64,000 bases of DNA from Candidatus Neptunichlamydia sp. (lineage in GTDB: Bacteria > Chlamydiota > Chlamydiia > Chlamydiales > Simkaniaceae). How positions within the stretch are numbered: position 1 is the first letter of the stretch; every line of letters begins with the position of its first letter. Location: assembly GCA_965233865.1 (NCBI GenBank), contig OZ247587.1, positions 1,632,001-1,696,000 of the forward strand, read 5' to 3'. The notes beneath the pieces are model-generated. The model searched no databases, was not told the DNA's origin, and was given only the letters and a program-made list of their open reading frames with translations. Position numbers and translations under genes: made by a program. Shown piece after piece: positions 27,951-37,938 of the stretch.

Positions 27951-29228
27951 ATGAAAACATATCTCTTTTTATTAAAGTTTCTGCTCCCTTTATATATTTT
28001 TGCAGCAGATGAGCCTATTTTGTATATCCTTAATGGGCTCGGGCCTAATGTCGACGATGGTTATATTTCTAAATTCAACATAGATACTAAAACTCTTGAA
28101 ACAGCAACGTTTGGCGATGGAGTAGTGTATTTTCACTCAAGAATAATGCTAAGCAACGACCGAACAAAGATTTATATATCTAGTGGGGAGTATGGTCCTG
28201 ACGCAATTACAGTATTTAGTACTACTTCTGAACCTCCGACTCTGATTGGCTCATTTGGTCAATCTCCTGACTTGAATCTCCCAGAAGGGTTAGCTTTCAA
28301 TAAAGATGGTACTAAGCTTTATGTTGGTAATTTTACAGGAGGGATCACAACATTTGATATTGATCAAAATACAGGTATGGGAACTAACCCAGACCTGCAT
28401 GATCTTAATCTTGAATCTGGGTTGTATGAATTGATTCCAAATAGGGATAAAACACTTTTATACGCAGTTACAAGGCATACAATCTATGTCTTAAACATGG
28501 ATCCTTTGAGTATACTAGCTACATACGACCTAACTACATACGACAGTGACCCAAGTGCAAGCATGAGAGGATCAGCTACGTCATCAGATAATAAGCTGTA
28601 TGTCACAGAGAGGAATTCAGGTAAAATTCTTGTATTTGAATGGATATCTGGCTCGCTTGAACTGCGCATAGATGAGATTATTGAGGGGCCTGGTGTCCTG
28701 CATAAGCCAGAAGATGTATTTTTTTCTCCAGACGAGAAGCTCTTATATATTGTTAACAGCACTGATGCAGGTGGAGCCTCTGTTGCTAACACAGGAAGCC
28801 TACTTGTGTATGACTTCTCGCTAAGGCAGCTCGAAACTTTAGTCGCTGATGGCAATGGATTAAGTCACCCTTGTTCATTGGCTCCAGGATATCTATTTGG
28901 ATCAGAAGATCCTGGTGATATACCTAATAATTTCCCCATAACAAACGTACAGGCTTTTTGTCGGTTGGATAATTTTTTTAGTGGTTCTTGTTTTTGGAAT
29001 GAAATAAGGTGGATTCTTAAAACAGGTTCTAGAATTGATAAATACAATATTTATAAAAAAGAAAGTGATAAATTTCTTCTAGTAAAAACAATAAATGAAG
29101 GGACGCCCACTGTTTTTACCGATTATGATATTAAATTAAACTCATCATATACTTATGTTATTGAATGTATTGTAGATGGAAAGAAATTTTTTGAAAAAAC
29201 AGTAGTGATTAAGACAAAAAAGAAATGA
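27951..29228 (+). CDS. Secreted beta-propeller (YVTN/lactonase-like) protein with a C-terminal Fn3-like domain
   Basis: Signal peptide; repeats PEGLAFNKDGTKLYV and PEDVFFSPDEKLLYI; W...YNIYK...FTD...YTYVI tail. Confidence 0.72.
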   Translation: MKTYLFLLKFLLPLYIFAADEPILYILNGLGPNVDDGYISKFNIDTKTLETATFGDGVVYFHSRIMLSNDRTKIYISSGEYGPDAITVFSTTSEPPTLIGSFGQSPDLNLPEGLAFNKDGTKLYVGNFTGGITTFDIDQNTGMGTNPDLHDLNLESGLYELIPNRDKTLLYAVTRHTIYVLNMDPLSILATYDLTTYDSDPSASMRGSATSSDNKLYVTERNSGKILVFEWISGSLELRIDEIIEGPGVLHKPEDVFFSPDEKLLYIVNSTDAGGASVANTGSLLVYDFSLRQLETLVADGNGLSHPCSLAPGYLFGSEDPGDIPNNFPITNVQAFCRLDNFFSGSCFWNEIRWILKTGSRIDKYNIYKKESDKFLLVKTINEGTPTVFTDYDIKLNSSYTYVIECIVDGKKFFEKTVVIKTKKK

Positions 29229-29461
29229 GCATAGTTGCCGCCGTTTCAACGACGTTCATGGGATACGTTAACCGCATCGTAAATATGCACCGCGAAGAAC
29301 TCAAAAAGAGTGGAAGCAGAGTAAAAGGATGCCTTTTGGTCGCTAGTGCTCCCGGTCAGATGCTTTGTTATTTCCAAGCTTTTCTAACAAAGGCAAGCAA
29401 AGCATGGGGTGAATTTCATGAAAGAGCCTTCCATTTTTTGGAGGCTCTTTCTCTCGATTAA
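29225..29461 (+). CDS. Small hypothetical protein, possibly truncated
   Basis: ATGA overlap with the upstream gene; the frame stays open after its TAA. Confidence 0.35.
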   Translation: MSIVAAVSTTFMGYVNRIVNMHREELKKSGSRVKGCLLVASAPGQMLCYFQAFLTKASKAWGEFHERAFHFLEALSLD

Positions 29462-29543
29462 TCTACGATAATGACAGCGTCTTGGTTAAAAAAAATATTG
29501 GGGATGCTACCAGTGTCTTCTATTTTTGTCGGTCAAAGAGACT

Positions 29544-30347
29544 TTAATCAGCGGTGCTTCGATGCAAATCGTCATAAAGCTCCCGTTTTGGTCGGTTCAA
29601 AAGTTTAGCCGCGGCCACAAGGGCTTCTTTGGAGCTCACCTCAAATCGCTCTTCTAACTCACGAATCAATGCGCGAGGGTTTTGATCAAAAGGGTCCTCG
29701 AACCCTGGAAAGATTAGAACGTATTCCCCTAGAATTTTCTTTTTTTGGAAATGATCAATTAACTCTTTTGCTGTGCCTTCAAGGGTTTCTTCATATAGCT
29801 TTGTGAGCTCACGTGCGATAAAGATTTTTTTTTCAGAGGCGAGTTCATCGATCCATTTAAGCGTTTTGAGTAGATGGTGGGGAGTTTCATAACAAATTGT
29901 TAGTCCTTGAAAATAGAGGATATCAATGAGTTGGCCCTTTCCTTTCTTCTCTAAAAACCCTACAAATTGGAAATACTCTTCACTTCCATACAAGCTAAGG
30001 GCTGCAATGGCTGCACAGGGGCCTGGAACGACCTCAATTTTTACCCCGCCTTTGCGGCAGCGACGCATCAATTCTGCTCCTGGATCGCAGATCCCGGGTG
30101 TTCCCGCGTCACTAATCAGAGCAATTTTTTTCCCACTCTCTAGTTCTTCCAAGACTTTCTTTTCCCGTTTGCGTTCATTGAACATGTGGAAGCTTAACAT
30201 TTTTGTTTCAATACCATAGTGCCGCAAGAGTACACCACTGGTTCTGGTATCCTCTGCCAAAATCAAATCGACACTTTTTAAAACTTCTACCGCTCGAAAA
30301 GTGATATCTTTCAAATTTCCAATCGGCGTTGACACAACATAAAGCAT
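29544..30347 (-). CDS. rsmI: 16S rRNA (cytidine1402-2'-O)-methyltransferase
   Basis: LYVVSTPIGNLKDIT.RA, AEDTR, SDAGTPGICDPG, and ARELTKLYEE. Confidence 0.95.
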   Translation of the reverse strand: MLYVVSTPIGNLKDITFRAVEVLKSVDLILAEDTRTSGVLLRHYGIETKMLSFHMFNERKREKKVLEELESGKKIALISDAGTPGICDPGAELMRRCRKGGVKIEVVPGPCAAIAALSLYGSEEYFQFVGFLEKKGKGQLIDILYFQGLTICYETPHHLLKTLKWIDELASEKKIFIARELTKLYEETLEGTAKELIDHFQKKKILGEYVLIFPGFEDPFDQNPRALIRELEERFEVSSKEALVAAAKLLNRPKRELYDDLHRSTAD

Positions 30348-30446
30348 AAAGAATCTTTTCTAATGGTTTCAAAAGAAAGGGAAGAAGTAAATGATTTAGG
30401 CCCCTGAATATTAGTCACATAAATTATTTCACTTCTTCCTGCAAAA

Positions 30447-30517
30447 AGGTGGCACCCAGATTCGAACTGGGGATAGAGGCTTTGCAGGCCCCTGCCTTAC
30501 CACTTGGCCATGCCACC
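30447..30517 (-). tRNA. tRNA-Cys (GCA)
   Basis: GGTGGCATGGCCAAGTGGTAAGGCAGGGGCCTGCAAAGCCTC...GTTCGAATCTGGGTGCCACCT cloverleaf; CCA not encoded. Confidence 0.95.
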
Positions 30518-30561
30518 GCATGGGAGGTTATTGTACAGGATAATCCTAAAAAAAGCAATTC

Positions 30562-31281
30562 TTACTCGAATAACACCTGCTCTTCAAGAAAAAATTTGTT
30601 ATGAAGGCTTTTTTCCAATGCTCTTAGATGTTTTAAGATTTGTCTAAGAGGGAAGCCAGCCATAGAGCTGGTGAGAATCAATCTGTTTAAAAGGCGTTCG
30701 ATTCTTTTGATAGCAAGGCCTACATTGTTGTAAGTGAGCGATGCGCTTATGAGATTATTGAACTCTCTTCTTTTATCCTCCTTGATAATTGGGGATGATT
30801 GCTCGGTTTTAATACATTCACACCGTGCATTTTTAGCTAGGATATCCTTAATATCCTGCGAGGCACCAGCAAATTCACAAGTATCCAAGTAGATTATGCA
30901 AAAGAAGAAAGTTGAAATGAAGTATATCAACGCAATGGAAGTCAGTAGCCTAGTAAAGTGATAGACAGCTGCGTTAATGACAGTGAAGGCTAAAAACGCC
31001 TTAGCAGCATGCCTTGTAAAATACTCGGTAAAGTCAATGACATTTTGAAGTTTATCCAAAGTAGGAAAGCGAAGTTGATCAGATTCTCTGAAGGGGCTAA
31101 ACCCATTGATAAATTCTTCAACACGTTCATCGAGCTCAACTCTGTCCTGAGGGTTTCTCATTAGGTGGTAAGTATCCCATGCTATGGACCTTCCATTCCA
31201 CAAAAACCGTATCAAACCATCCATTCTTATATCCTTGAACCAATGCCTACAATCAATTTCCGGTGTTTTTTTCCTTTGCAT
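30562..31281 (-). CDS. Hypothetical protein with a central bilobed hydrophobic region (Inc-like candidate)
   Basis: About 40-aa hydrophobic stretch AFLAFTVINAAVYHFTRLLTSIALIYFISTFFFCIIYL. Confidence 0.55.
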   Translation of the reverse strand: MQRKKTPEIDCRHWFKDIRMDGLIRFLWNGRSIAWDTYHLMRNPQDRVELDERVEEFINGFSPFRESDQLRFPTLDKLQNVIDFTEYFTRHAAKAFLAFTVINAAVYHFTRLLTSIALIYFISTFFFCIIYLDTCEFAGASQDIKDILAKNARCECIKTEQSSPIIKEDKRREFNNLISASLTYNNVGLAIKRIERLLNRLILTSSMAGFPLRQILKHLRALEKSLHNKFFLEEQVLFE

Positions 31282-31481
31282 TTATCGATCTTGTCCTATT
31301 GACAATCTCCTCAAATGCAAAGAAAAAATCTGCAAGAATATCTATAAAAATCTCAATAAATTGGTTATAGGGGTATGTTCTTAGCATTTTTTCTGTAGAC
31401 AGATTAAACGAAAATAAACTTTTTTTGCACAAGAAATAATCCTTTAATTATAACCCCATAGTGAGATATTTTGGTGAAGCC

Positions 31482-32753
31482 ATGCGAAAAAAACTCAAAG
31501 AAATCGGATCATTTTTTGATCAACGAATCAAACGGGATGAAGTCATTGTTCATGCATCGTTTGATAGCCGCAATGTGCAGAAAGGGACCCTCTTTTTTGC
31601 ATTGACTGGAGAGACTGTTGATGGTCACAACTATTTGGAAGAGTCTGCGAAAAAAGGGGCGATTGCTGCGGTTGTTTCAAGTGACTACCAAGGCGGCAAT
31701 TTTGGTCTAGTTTTGATTCCTGTACCTGATGTAAAACGAGCGCTTCAAGATTTGGCTCAAGAGGTGTTTCGAGAAAAAAGCCCTCTGGTTATTGGGGTTA
31801 CTGGAACTGTAGGGAAAACGACAACTAAAGAATTTCTTGCGACCCTTCTAAAAGAGAAGTTTCGAGTCATGAAAAACCCTGGGAGTTTAAACTCTCAAGT
31901 GGGGCTTCCCCTAACAGTGCTGAACTGGGAAGGACAGGAAGAGATTTTTGTTTTAGAGATGGGAATGAGCAAAAGAGGGGAGATGAGTCGTTTAGTAAAA
32001 ATCGCTCCGCCTCATCTTGGTATTTTAACAAAGGTTTCGCTTGCTCATGCTGCTTTCTTTAACGGGATTGAGGAAATTGCCGAGGCCAAGTGTGAGCTTT
32101 TTGAATCCAAAAAAATAGAGAGAGGATTCTTTCATTTAGAGACAAAAACGTTTCAGTCGGTGCGCTTACTAAATGTTGCAAAGACATGGTTTGATTGCGA
32201 AGATTCTAGGGCTGATGTGACATTAAGAGAAGTAACGTCCCCCTTTGAAGAGAGGCATCTACAGGAAAATTTTTTAGCGGCAGCAAGTGTTGCGCTTCAT
32301 CTAGGAATGTCTCGAGAGGAAATTGAGCAGGGAGCAAAAAAACTGAGACCCTTTGACCACCGCTTTCAAAAAGTAGAGAAGGATGGTGCTTTATTTGTTG
32401 ATGACTCCTACAATGCATCACCTCTATCTATGAAAGTTGCTCTTTCAAGCCTTCCCAAAGGAAAAAGAAGGATTGGGTTTTTAGGAGCAATGAAAGAGCT
32501 AGGGGCTTTTGAAGTATCGAGTCATCGAGGAGTCGCTGAACACGCCCTTCCCCTTTTAGACCACCTAATTTGTATCGGTGAGGAGTGCGCCCCAATGGTT
32601 GAAGTGTTTAAAAAAGGAGGGAAACTGGTCGAACACTTTAAAGAAAAAGAAGAGGCTGTTAAACGTTTAAAGGAAGTGGTGCTAGAGGGGGATGTTGTAT
32701 TATTAAAAGGATCCAATTCCTTTAAGCTTTGGACGACACTCGAGGAGTTTTAA
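31482..32753 (+). CDS. murF: UDP-N-acetylmuramoyl-tripeptide--D-Ala-D-Ala ligase
   Basis: DSR...LFFAL.GE..DGH, GVTGTVGKTTTKE, DDSYNASP, and LKGS. Confidence 0.93.
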   Translation: MRKKLKEIGSFFDQRIKRDEVIVHASFDSRNVQKGTLFFALTGETVDGHNYLEESAKKGAIAAVVSSDYQGGNFGLVLIPVPDVKRALQDLAQEVFREKSPLVIGVTGTVGKTTTKEFLATLLKEKFRVMKNPGSLNSQVGLPLTVLNWEGQEEIFVLEMGMSKRGEMSRLVKIAPPHLGILTKVSLAHAAFFNGIEEIAEAKCELFESKKIERGFFHLETKTFQSVRLLNVAKTWFDCEDSRADVTLREVTSPFEERHLQENFLAAASVALHLGMSREEIEQGAKKLRPFDHRFQKVEKDGALFVDDSYNASPLSMKVALSSLPKGKRRIGFLGAMKELGAFEVSSHRGVAEHALPLLDHLICIGEECAPMVEVFKKGGKLVEHFKEKEEAVKRLKEVVLEGDVVLLKGSNSFKLWTTLEEF

Positions 32754-32756
32754 CGA

Positions 32757-33944
32757 GTGATTTATCTTTTTTTGCAGTATCTATCACTGAGCGTATCTGT
32801 GAAAGTCCCTGCTGTTTTCCTTTACTCGTCCACACGGATGATTCTGGCGGCAATGACCACCCTTCTCCTTACAATCTTTATGGGGCCTCGCTTTATTAGT
32901 AAACTTTATGCGTTAAAGACAGGGCAGTCGATTCGAGTAGAAGATTGTCCTATGCTTGCAGAACTCCATCAAAAGAAAAAAAAGACCCCAACGATGGGGG
33001 GAGTATTAATACTTTTATCGATGCTCGTGGCTCTTCTTTTATGGATGGATCTCCGCAGTCCCTTTACGTTAATTCTCGCTGTTTCAACAGTATGGCTCGG
33101 TCTTCTTGGAGGGATGGATGACTATTTGAAAATGAAGCATAAAAATTCTAAGGGCCTTTCTGCTCGAAAAAAATTTGGTTTGCAGGTTCTTTTTGCGACC
33201 CTTTTAGGTCTGTACCTTTTATGGCCGACACTTTCTGAAGCCATTCACTTTGGAAAGTGGTTTATCCCACTTCATATGAAGTTAGGGGGAGAAATTTATG
33301 AATCACAGCTAGCGTATGGGCAGTATTTTTTCCCTTTTAAGAAGGGAGCTCTTTTTGCCCTGAGTGGTCTGGGACTTATCCTAGGTTTTTTGATGACGAT
33401 TGTAGTTGTGACGGGTTCTTCAAATGCTGTGAATCTTACCGATGGACTTGATGGGTTAGCCTCGGGATGTATATTGATGGTCTCTGCAGTTTTTGCTTTA
33501 TTTGCGTTTCTTTCGAATAATATCGAAATGGCTCGCTATCTCAATATTCCCTATATCGAAGGGAGCTCTGAGATAGCCATCTATATGTGTGCAATGATGG
33601 GGGCGTGCCTTGGCTTTTTATGGTATAATGGATACCCGGCGCAGGTATTCATGGGAGATACAGGTTCATTGGCCCTTGGAGGAATTTTAGGAACTGCATC
33701 CGTACTGATGCGAAAAGAGTTTTTGCTTGCGCTTGTTGGCGGAATCTTTGTTATCGAAGCAGCCTCAGTGATTTTGCAGGTACTTAGTTACCGGTATCGA
33801 AATAAAAGACGGGTTTTTCGGTGTGCTCCTTTGCACCATCACTTTGAATTTAAGGGGTGGCCCGAGCCGAAAGTTGTCATCCGTTTTTGGATCATTAGTT
33901 TAATCTTGGCCCTCTTTGGCTTAGCATCAATAAAATTTCAATGA
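32757..33944 (+). CDS. mraY: Phospho-N-acetylmuramoyl-pentapeptide transferase
   Basis: KKTPTMGG, DDYLK, NAVNLTDGLDGLA, FMGDTGS, and APLHHHFE. Confidence 0.96.
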   Translation: MIYLFLQYLSLSVSVKVPAVFLYSSTRMILAAMTTLLLTIFMGPRFISKLYALKTGQSIRVEDCPMLAELHQKKKKTPTMGGVLILLSMLVALLLWMDLRSPFTLILAVSTVWLGLLGGMDDYLKMKHKNSKGLSARKKFGLQVLFATLLGLYLLWPTLSEAIHFGKWFIPLHMKLGGEIYESQLAYGQYFFPFKKGALFALSGLGLILGFLMTIVVVTGSSNAVNLTDGLDGLASGCILMVSAVFALFAFLSNNIEMARYLNIPYIEGSSEIAIYMCAMMGACLGFLWYNGYPAQVFMGDTGSLALGGILGTASVLMRKEFLLALVGGIFVIEAASVILQVLSYRYRNKRRVFRCAPLHHHFEFKGWPEPKVVIRFWIISLILALFGLASIKFQ

Positions 33945-35089
33945 AAGCACTTGTTATAGGACTTGGAAAAAGTGGAAAAGGAGCTGCAAAGCTTCTATTG
34001 AAGCAAGGGTATACTGTCTATGCGGTTGATCGCTTCCCTCAGAAAATGGAGGGGGTTACTGTTTGTCTTGAAGATGAAGAGATAGGGGCTGATTTAGTTG
34101 TTCTTTCGTCGGGAATTTCTCAGAATCATTCACAGGCGAAGGGCAATGTTATGGGGGAAGCAGAGCTTGCAATTCGCGCCTTGAAGAATAAAATGGTGGG
34201 AATTACGGGAACAAATGGCAAGACTACTGTTACTTTGCTTGTAACACATGTTCTCAATAAATCAGGGATTAATGCGCGGGCCCTTGGAAATGTTGGAGCT
34301 AGCCTAGCAGAATATGCTTGCGCTCCTGACCCAAAGGAGACCTTAATCGTTGAACTTAGCTCGTATCAATTGGAGACTTTGAAAACTGTAGCCTTCGATG
34401 TGGGGCTCATCACAAACATCACTCCTGATCACCTGGATCGCTATCCTTCTTTTGAAGCTTATAGAGACACAAAGCTTCGATTAAAGGATCTTATTCAAGA
34501 AGGGGGAACCTTTATTGAGGAAAGGGATTCTTATTTACAACTAACTAAGAACGAGAGATACTGGCGGTTAATTGGGCCTCATGCTGTTTCTATGGCGTGG
34601 AAAATCTGCAGAGTCTTCCATGTTACATGGGAAGGGTTTAACACCGCGTTAATAACATTTAATAAGCCTCCTCACCGAATGGAAATTGTTGGTATGGTTG
34701 AGGAAATCACCTTTGTTAATGATAGTAAAGGGACAAATATTGAGTCAGTGATGTATGGTGTTAATCAGATTGAAGGTTCTATTTTTTTGATCGCTGGTGG
34801 CCAAAGTAAAGGAGATTCTTTTGAAAAATGGAGAAAACCATTCACACACAAAGTTAAAGGAATCTTTGCGATAGGAGAAACCGCTTTGCAAATTAGAAAG
34901 GAACTGGGAGACGCTATTCCTACGTTGTGCTGCAAAAATCTGCGTGTTGCTGTGGATAGAGCAAGAAATGCTGCTCATCCTGGAGATACTGTTCTTTTTT
35001 CCCCGGGGTGCGCAAGCTTTGACCAGTTTAGGGACTATGAAGAAAGGGGTGAAATGTTTAAAAAGATTATTAGAGAGGTTAGAGAATAA
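33941..35089 (+). CDS. murD: UDP-N-acetylmuramoyl-L-alanine--D-glutamate ligase
   Basis: GITGTNGKTT, ELSSYQL, DHLDRY, NDSKGTN, and SPGCASFDQF. Confidence 0.93.
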   Translation: MKALVIGLGKSGKGAAKLLLKQGYTVYAVDRFPQKMEGVTVCLEDEEIGADLVVLSSGISQNHSQAKGNVMGEAELAIRALKNKMVGITGTNGKTTVTLLVTHVLNKSGINARALGNVGASLAEYACAPDPKETLIVELSSYQLETLKTVAFDVGLITNITPDHLDRYPSFEAYRDTKLRLKDLIQEGGTFIEERDSYLQLTKNERYWRLIGPHAVSMAWKICRVFHVTWEGFNTALITFNKPPHRMEIVGMVEEITFVNDSKGTNIESVMYGVNQIEGSIFLIAGGQSKGDSFEKWRKPFTHKVKGIFAIGETALQIRKELGDAIPTLCCKNLRVAVDRARNAAHPGDTVLFSPGCASFDQFRDYEERGEMFKKIIREVRE

Positions 35090-35091
35090 GG

Positions 35092-35730
35092 ATGAATCGA
35101 AGAGATATTATTATCGTAGCTGTGTTGATTAATGCAGGGCTCCTTGTGACCCTATTCGTTAGCTCTCTAAAGAAAGAACAAGGAACAACCGACCTAGTCC
35201 TTTCTCCTAAAGAAGCTCATCAGATTGAAATTGCTGCTACACCTCTTTCTGTTAAACAGGGGGGAGACCAAATTGACCAGGTTATTAGTCAGTACACAGC
35301 TATGGCGAAAACCGAGGAAAAAGAGGAAGAAATTCTTCCTCTTCTAGTATTGACTCCCACACCTAAAGCAGAGATAAAAACATTCCCCTCTAGCTCGCTG
35401 CGTGTTGTCACCGTCGAGAAGGGCGACGTTCTCGAGAAAATCGCACGTTCCCATGGAATAAGTGTTGATGAAATTATGAGGCTTAATAGCCTTTCTAACT
35501 CCCGCCTCCAAATTGGGCAGGAGCTGAAGCTTCCCGAAAGAAAAGCCCCCAAAAAAGAAGCTCTTACAAAGAAAGAAGATGGAAATTTTTATGTTGTCAA
35601 AGGGGGAGACAATCCTTGGACTATCGCCCAGAAAAACGGAATACAGGTAGATGAACTTCTTCGACTGAATAATATGAATGAGGAAAAGGCAAAACGATTA
35701 CGTCCTGGTGATCGATTAAAAATTAAGTAA
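35092..35730 (+). CDS. LysM peptidoglycan-binding protein (chlamydial NlpD-like)
   Basis: N-terminal TM plus two LysM repeats (VEKGDVLEKIA, VKGGDNPWTIA); position in the dcw cluster. Confidence 0.88.
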   Translation: MNRRDIIIVAVLINAGLLVTLFVSSLKKEQGTTDLVLSPKEAHQIEIAATPLSVKQGGDQIDQVISQYTAMAKTEEKEEEILPLLVLTPTPKAEIKTFPSSSLRVVTVEKGDVLEKIARSHGISVDEIMRLNSLSNSRLQIGQELKLPERKAPKKEALTKKEDGNFYVVKGGDNPWTIAQKNGIQVDELLRLNNMNEEKAKRLRPGDRLKIK

Positions 35731-35746
35731 GGCCTCCCAGAGTGGT

Positions 35747-36853
35747 ATGAAAAGCGTTTATTTCCTCTTGTCCTTCACAACAATTCTATTTGCCGTTGGT
35801 ATCTTGATGGTGTTTGACACCTCTTCAGCAGAAGTGATCGATCGAAGTTTAAACATAAGCACTCACCACGCTTTGATTAAACAGCTTGTGTATGGTTGCT
35901 TAGGAATTATTCTAGCTCTTTTAACCTTTTTTTTCGGGTACCGGAAATTTCTCAATTTTGCGCCTTCCCTTTTTTATGGACTCACAGTTTGTTTGATACT
36001 CGTCTTTGTTCCTGGAATTGGCCGATCCCTTAATGGTGCTAATCGGTGGATTTTCTTTGGCCCACTCTCTTTTCAACCTTCAGAATTTATGAAAGTTATT
36101 GCCCCTCTATATTTCATTCATCTCTATATAAAAGAGGAGTACATGACATGGAAACGATTTTACTTGATTATTCTGCGACTTGTTGCCCCACTTTTTTTGA
36201 TCTTGATCGAACCAGATAATGGAACTGTTGCCATCATTATGGTTACTCTGATGGCGCTATTTTTTCTTTGTCGCGTGAAATGGCTTTACTGGTTCCTTCC
36301 TGTTCTCTTCTTGGGAGGACTTGGAACAGCAGCAGCAATGCAAATGCCCCATGTAAGACACAGGATATACGTCTACCTCCACCCAGAATCCGATCTATTA
36401 GGAAAGGGTCATCAACCGTATCAAGCAAAAATTGCTACAGGATCGGGAGAACTTTTTGGTCGAGGAGTGGGTGAAAGTCTACAAAAACTCAATTACCTTC
36501 CTGAAGCACGTAGTGATTATATTGCTGCAATTTATGCTGAAGAACTTGGTTTTATTGGCATTCTTTTTTTAGTACTCCTTTATCTATTCATTGCATATAG
36601 TGGCTTCCATATTGCTATGAAAGCGGAGACAAAAGGAGGTTTTTATGTTGCGAGTGCTATCACCTTTTTGATCTCATTTCAAGCATTTTTAAATTTGGGG
36701 GTCGTCTCAGGACTACTTCCTAGTAAAGGAACCAATCTTCCCTTCTTTAGTCAGGGGGGATCGTCCCTCTTAGCAAATTGCATTGCGATTGCGCTTATTA
36801 TGAGCACGCATAAGAAAAAGGAACCCAATTGGAAAAAACTGCAGGCCGCCTAA
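35747..36853 (+). CDS. ftsW: SEDS peptidoglycan polymerase FtsW
   Basis: NGANRWI, FQPSEF.K, EPDNGT, LPEARSDYI, and LPFFSQGGSSL. Confidence 0.93.
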   Translation: MKSVYFLLSFTTILFAVGILMVFDTSSAEVIDRSLNISTHHALIKQLVYGCLGIILALLTFFFGYRKFLNFAPSLFYGLTVCLILVFVPGIGRSLNGANRWIFFGPLSFQPSEFMKVIAPLYFIHLYIKEEYMTWKRFYLIILRLVAPLFLILIEPDNGTVAIIMVTLMALFFLCRVKWLYWFLPVLFLGGLGTAAAMQMPHVRHRIYVYLHPESDLLGKGHQPYQAKIATGSGELFGRGVGESLQKLNYLPEARSDYIAAIYAEELGFIGILFLVLLYLFIAYSGFHIAMKAETKGGFYVASAITFLISFQAFLNLGVVSGLLPSKGTNLPFFSQGGSSLLANCIAIALIMSTHKKKEPNWKKLQAA

Positions 36854-37938
36854 ATGTAATAATTGCCGCTGGGGGAACAGGGGGACATCTTTTTCCTGCA
36901 CAGGCACTTGCTCTTGAGCTGCTTGAAAATCATCCAAACATGAAAATTACCTTTGTAGGCGCAGGACTCAAAAAAAACCACTATTTTAACAAGGATGTTT
37001 TCTCCTACCTTGACATCAAAAGTGGTACTCCCTTTAAGAAACATCCCTTAAAAATTTTAAAGGCATTGCTAAACCTTTCACAGGGAACCTTAAAGTGTTT
37101 CAGCTTCTTTTTGAAAAAAAAAACCGACGTTATTGTAGGTTTTGGGAGTTTTCACACTTTCCCAGCTATTTTGGCAGCTAAACTTAGGAAAGTTCCTATC
37201 GTGATCTTTGAGAGTAATGCACTTCCAGGAAAAGTGAATCGTTACTGCTCCAAATGGGCAAAAATTTCAGCAATTCAATTTTCCCATGCTCATAAATACT
37301 TCCGTTCAAAGAGTATTTGTGTACAAATGCCACTCACAAAGAAAAGAGAAGTTACCCGCAAGGAAGCTCGAACTTACTACGGCTTTGAAGGAGAAAGGTT
37401 CACTCTTCTAGTCTTTGGAGGATCGCAAGGAGCTCAAGCCATAAACCGGTTCTTTTGTGGAGCTGTGCAGCGACTGGTAGAAAAAAAAATTGACTTTCAA
37501 GTGATCCACATCATAGGGGATGCAAAACGAGGAGAGAAGCTCCAAGATTATTACGCAGCGATGAATGTTCCTGCATGCGTTAAATCTTTTGAGGAGAAAA
37601 TGGAATATGCATGGACTGCTGCAGATCTTAGTATCTCGCGCTCCGGAGCGGCAACTCTTGCCGAATTTATTGAGTTTTCTGTTCCTAGTATTTTGATCCC
37701 TTATCCTTATGGGACAGAAAACCACCAACAGAAAAATGCAGCGTTTGTTACTGATGAAGTTAAAGGAGCCATTTTGCTCGAAGAAAAAGAGCTGAGAGGA
37801 GATATTTTAGCTTCCAATATCTTAGAACTTATGGAAAACGAACATAAAAAACTTAAAAAGATGCGGAAAAATCTTCGCACTTATAAAGAAGAAGAAAGTA
37901 AACAAGACCTTTGTTCAGTAGTGCTAAAATCTTTATGA
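36829..37938 (+). CDS. murG: Undecaprenyl-PP-MurNAc-pentapeptide GlcNAc transferase
   Basis: GGTGGHLFPA, ESNALPGKVN, GGSQGAQAIN, RSGAATLAE, and HQQKNA. Confidence 0.94.
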   Translation: MEKTAGRLNVIIAAGGTGGHLFPAQALALELLENHPNMKITFVGAGLKKNHYFNKDVFSYLDIKSGTPFKKHPLKILKALLNLSQGTLKCFSFFLKKKTDVIVGFGSFHTFPAILAAKLRKVPIVIFESNALPGKVNRYCSKWAKISAIQFSHAHKYFRSKSICVQMPLTKKREVTRKEARTYYGFEGERFTLLVFGGSQGAQAINRFFCGAVQRLVEKKIDFQVIHIIGDAKRGEKLQDYYAAMNVPACVKSFEEKMEYAWTAADLSISRSGAATLAEFIEFSVPSILIPYPYGTENHQQKNAAFVTDEVKGAILLEEKELRGDILASNILELMENEHKKLKKMRKNLRTYKEEESKQDLCSVVLKSL

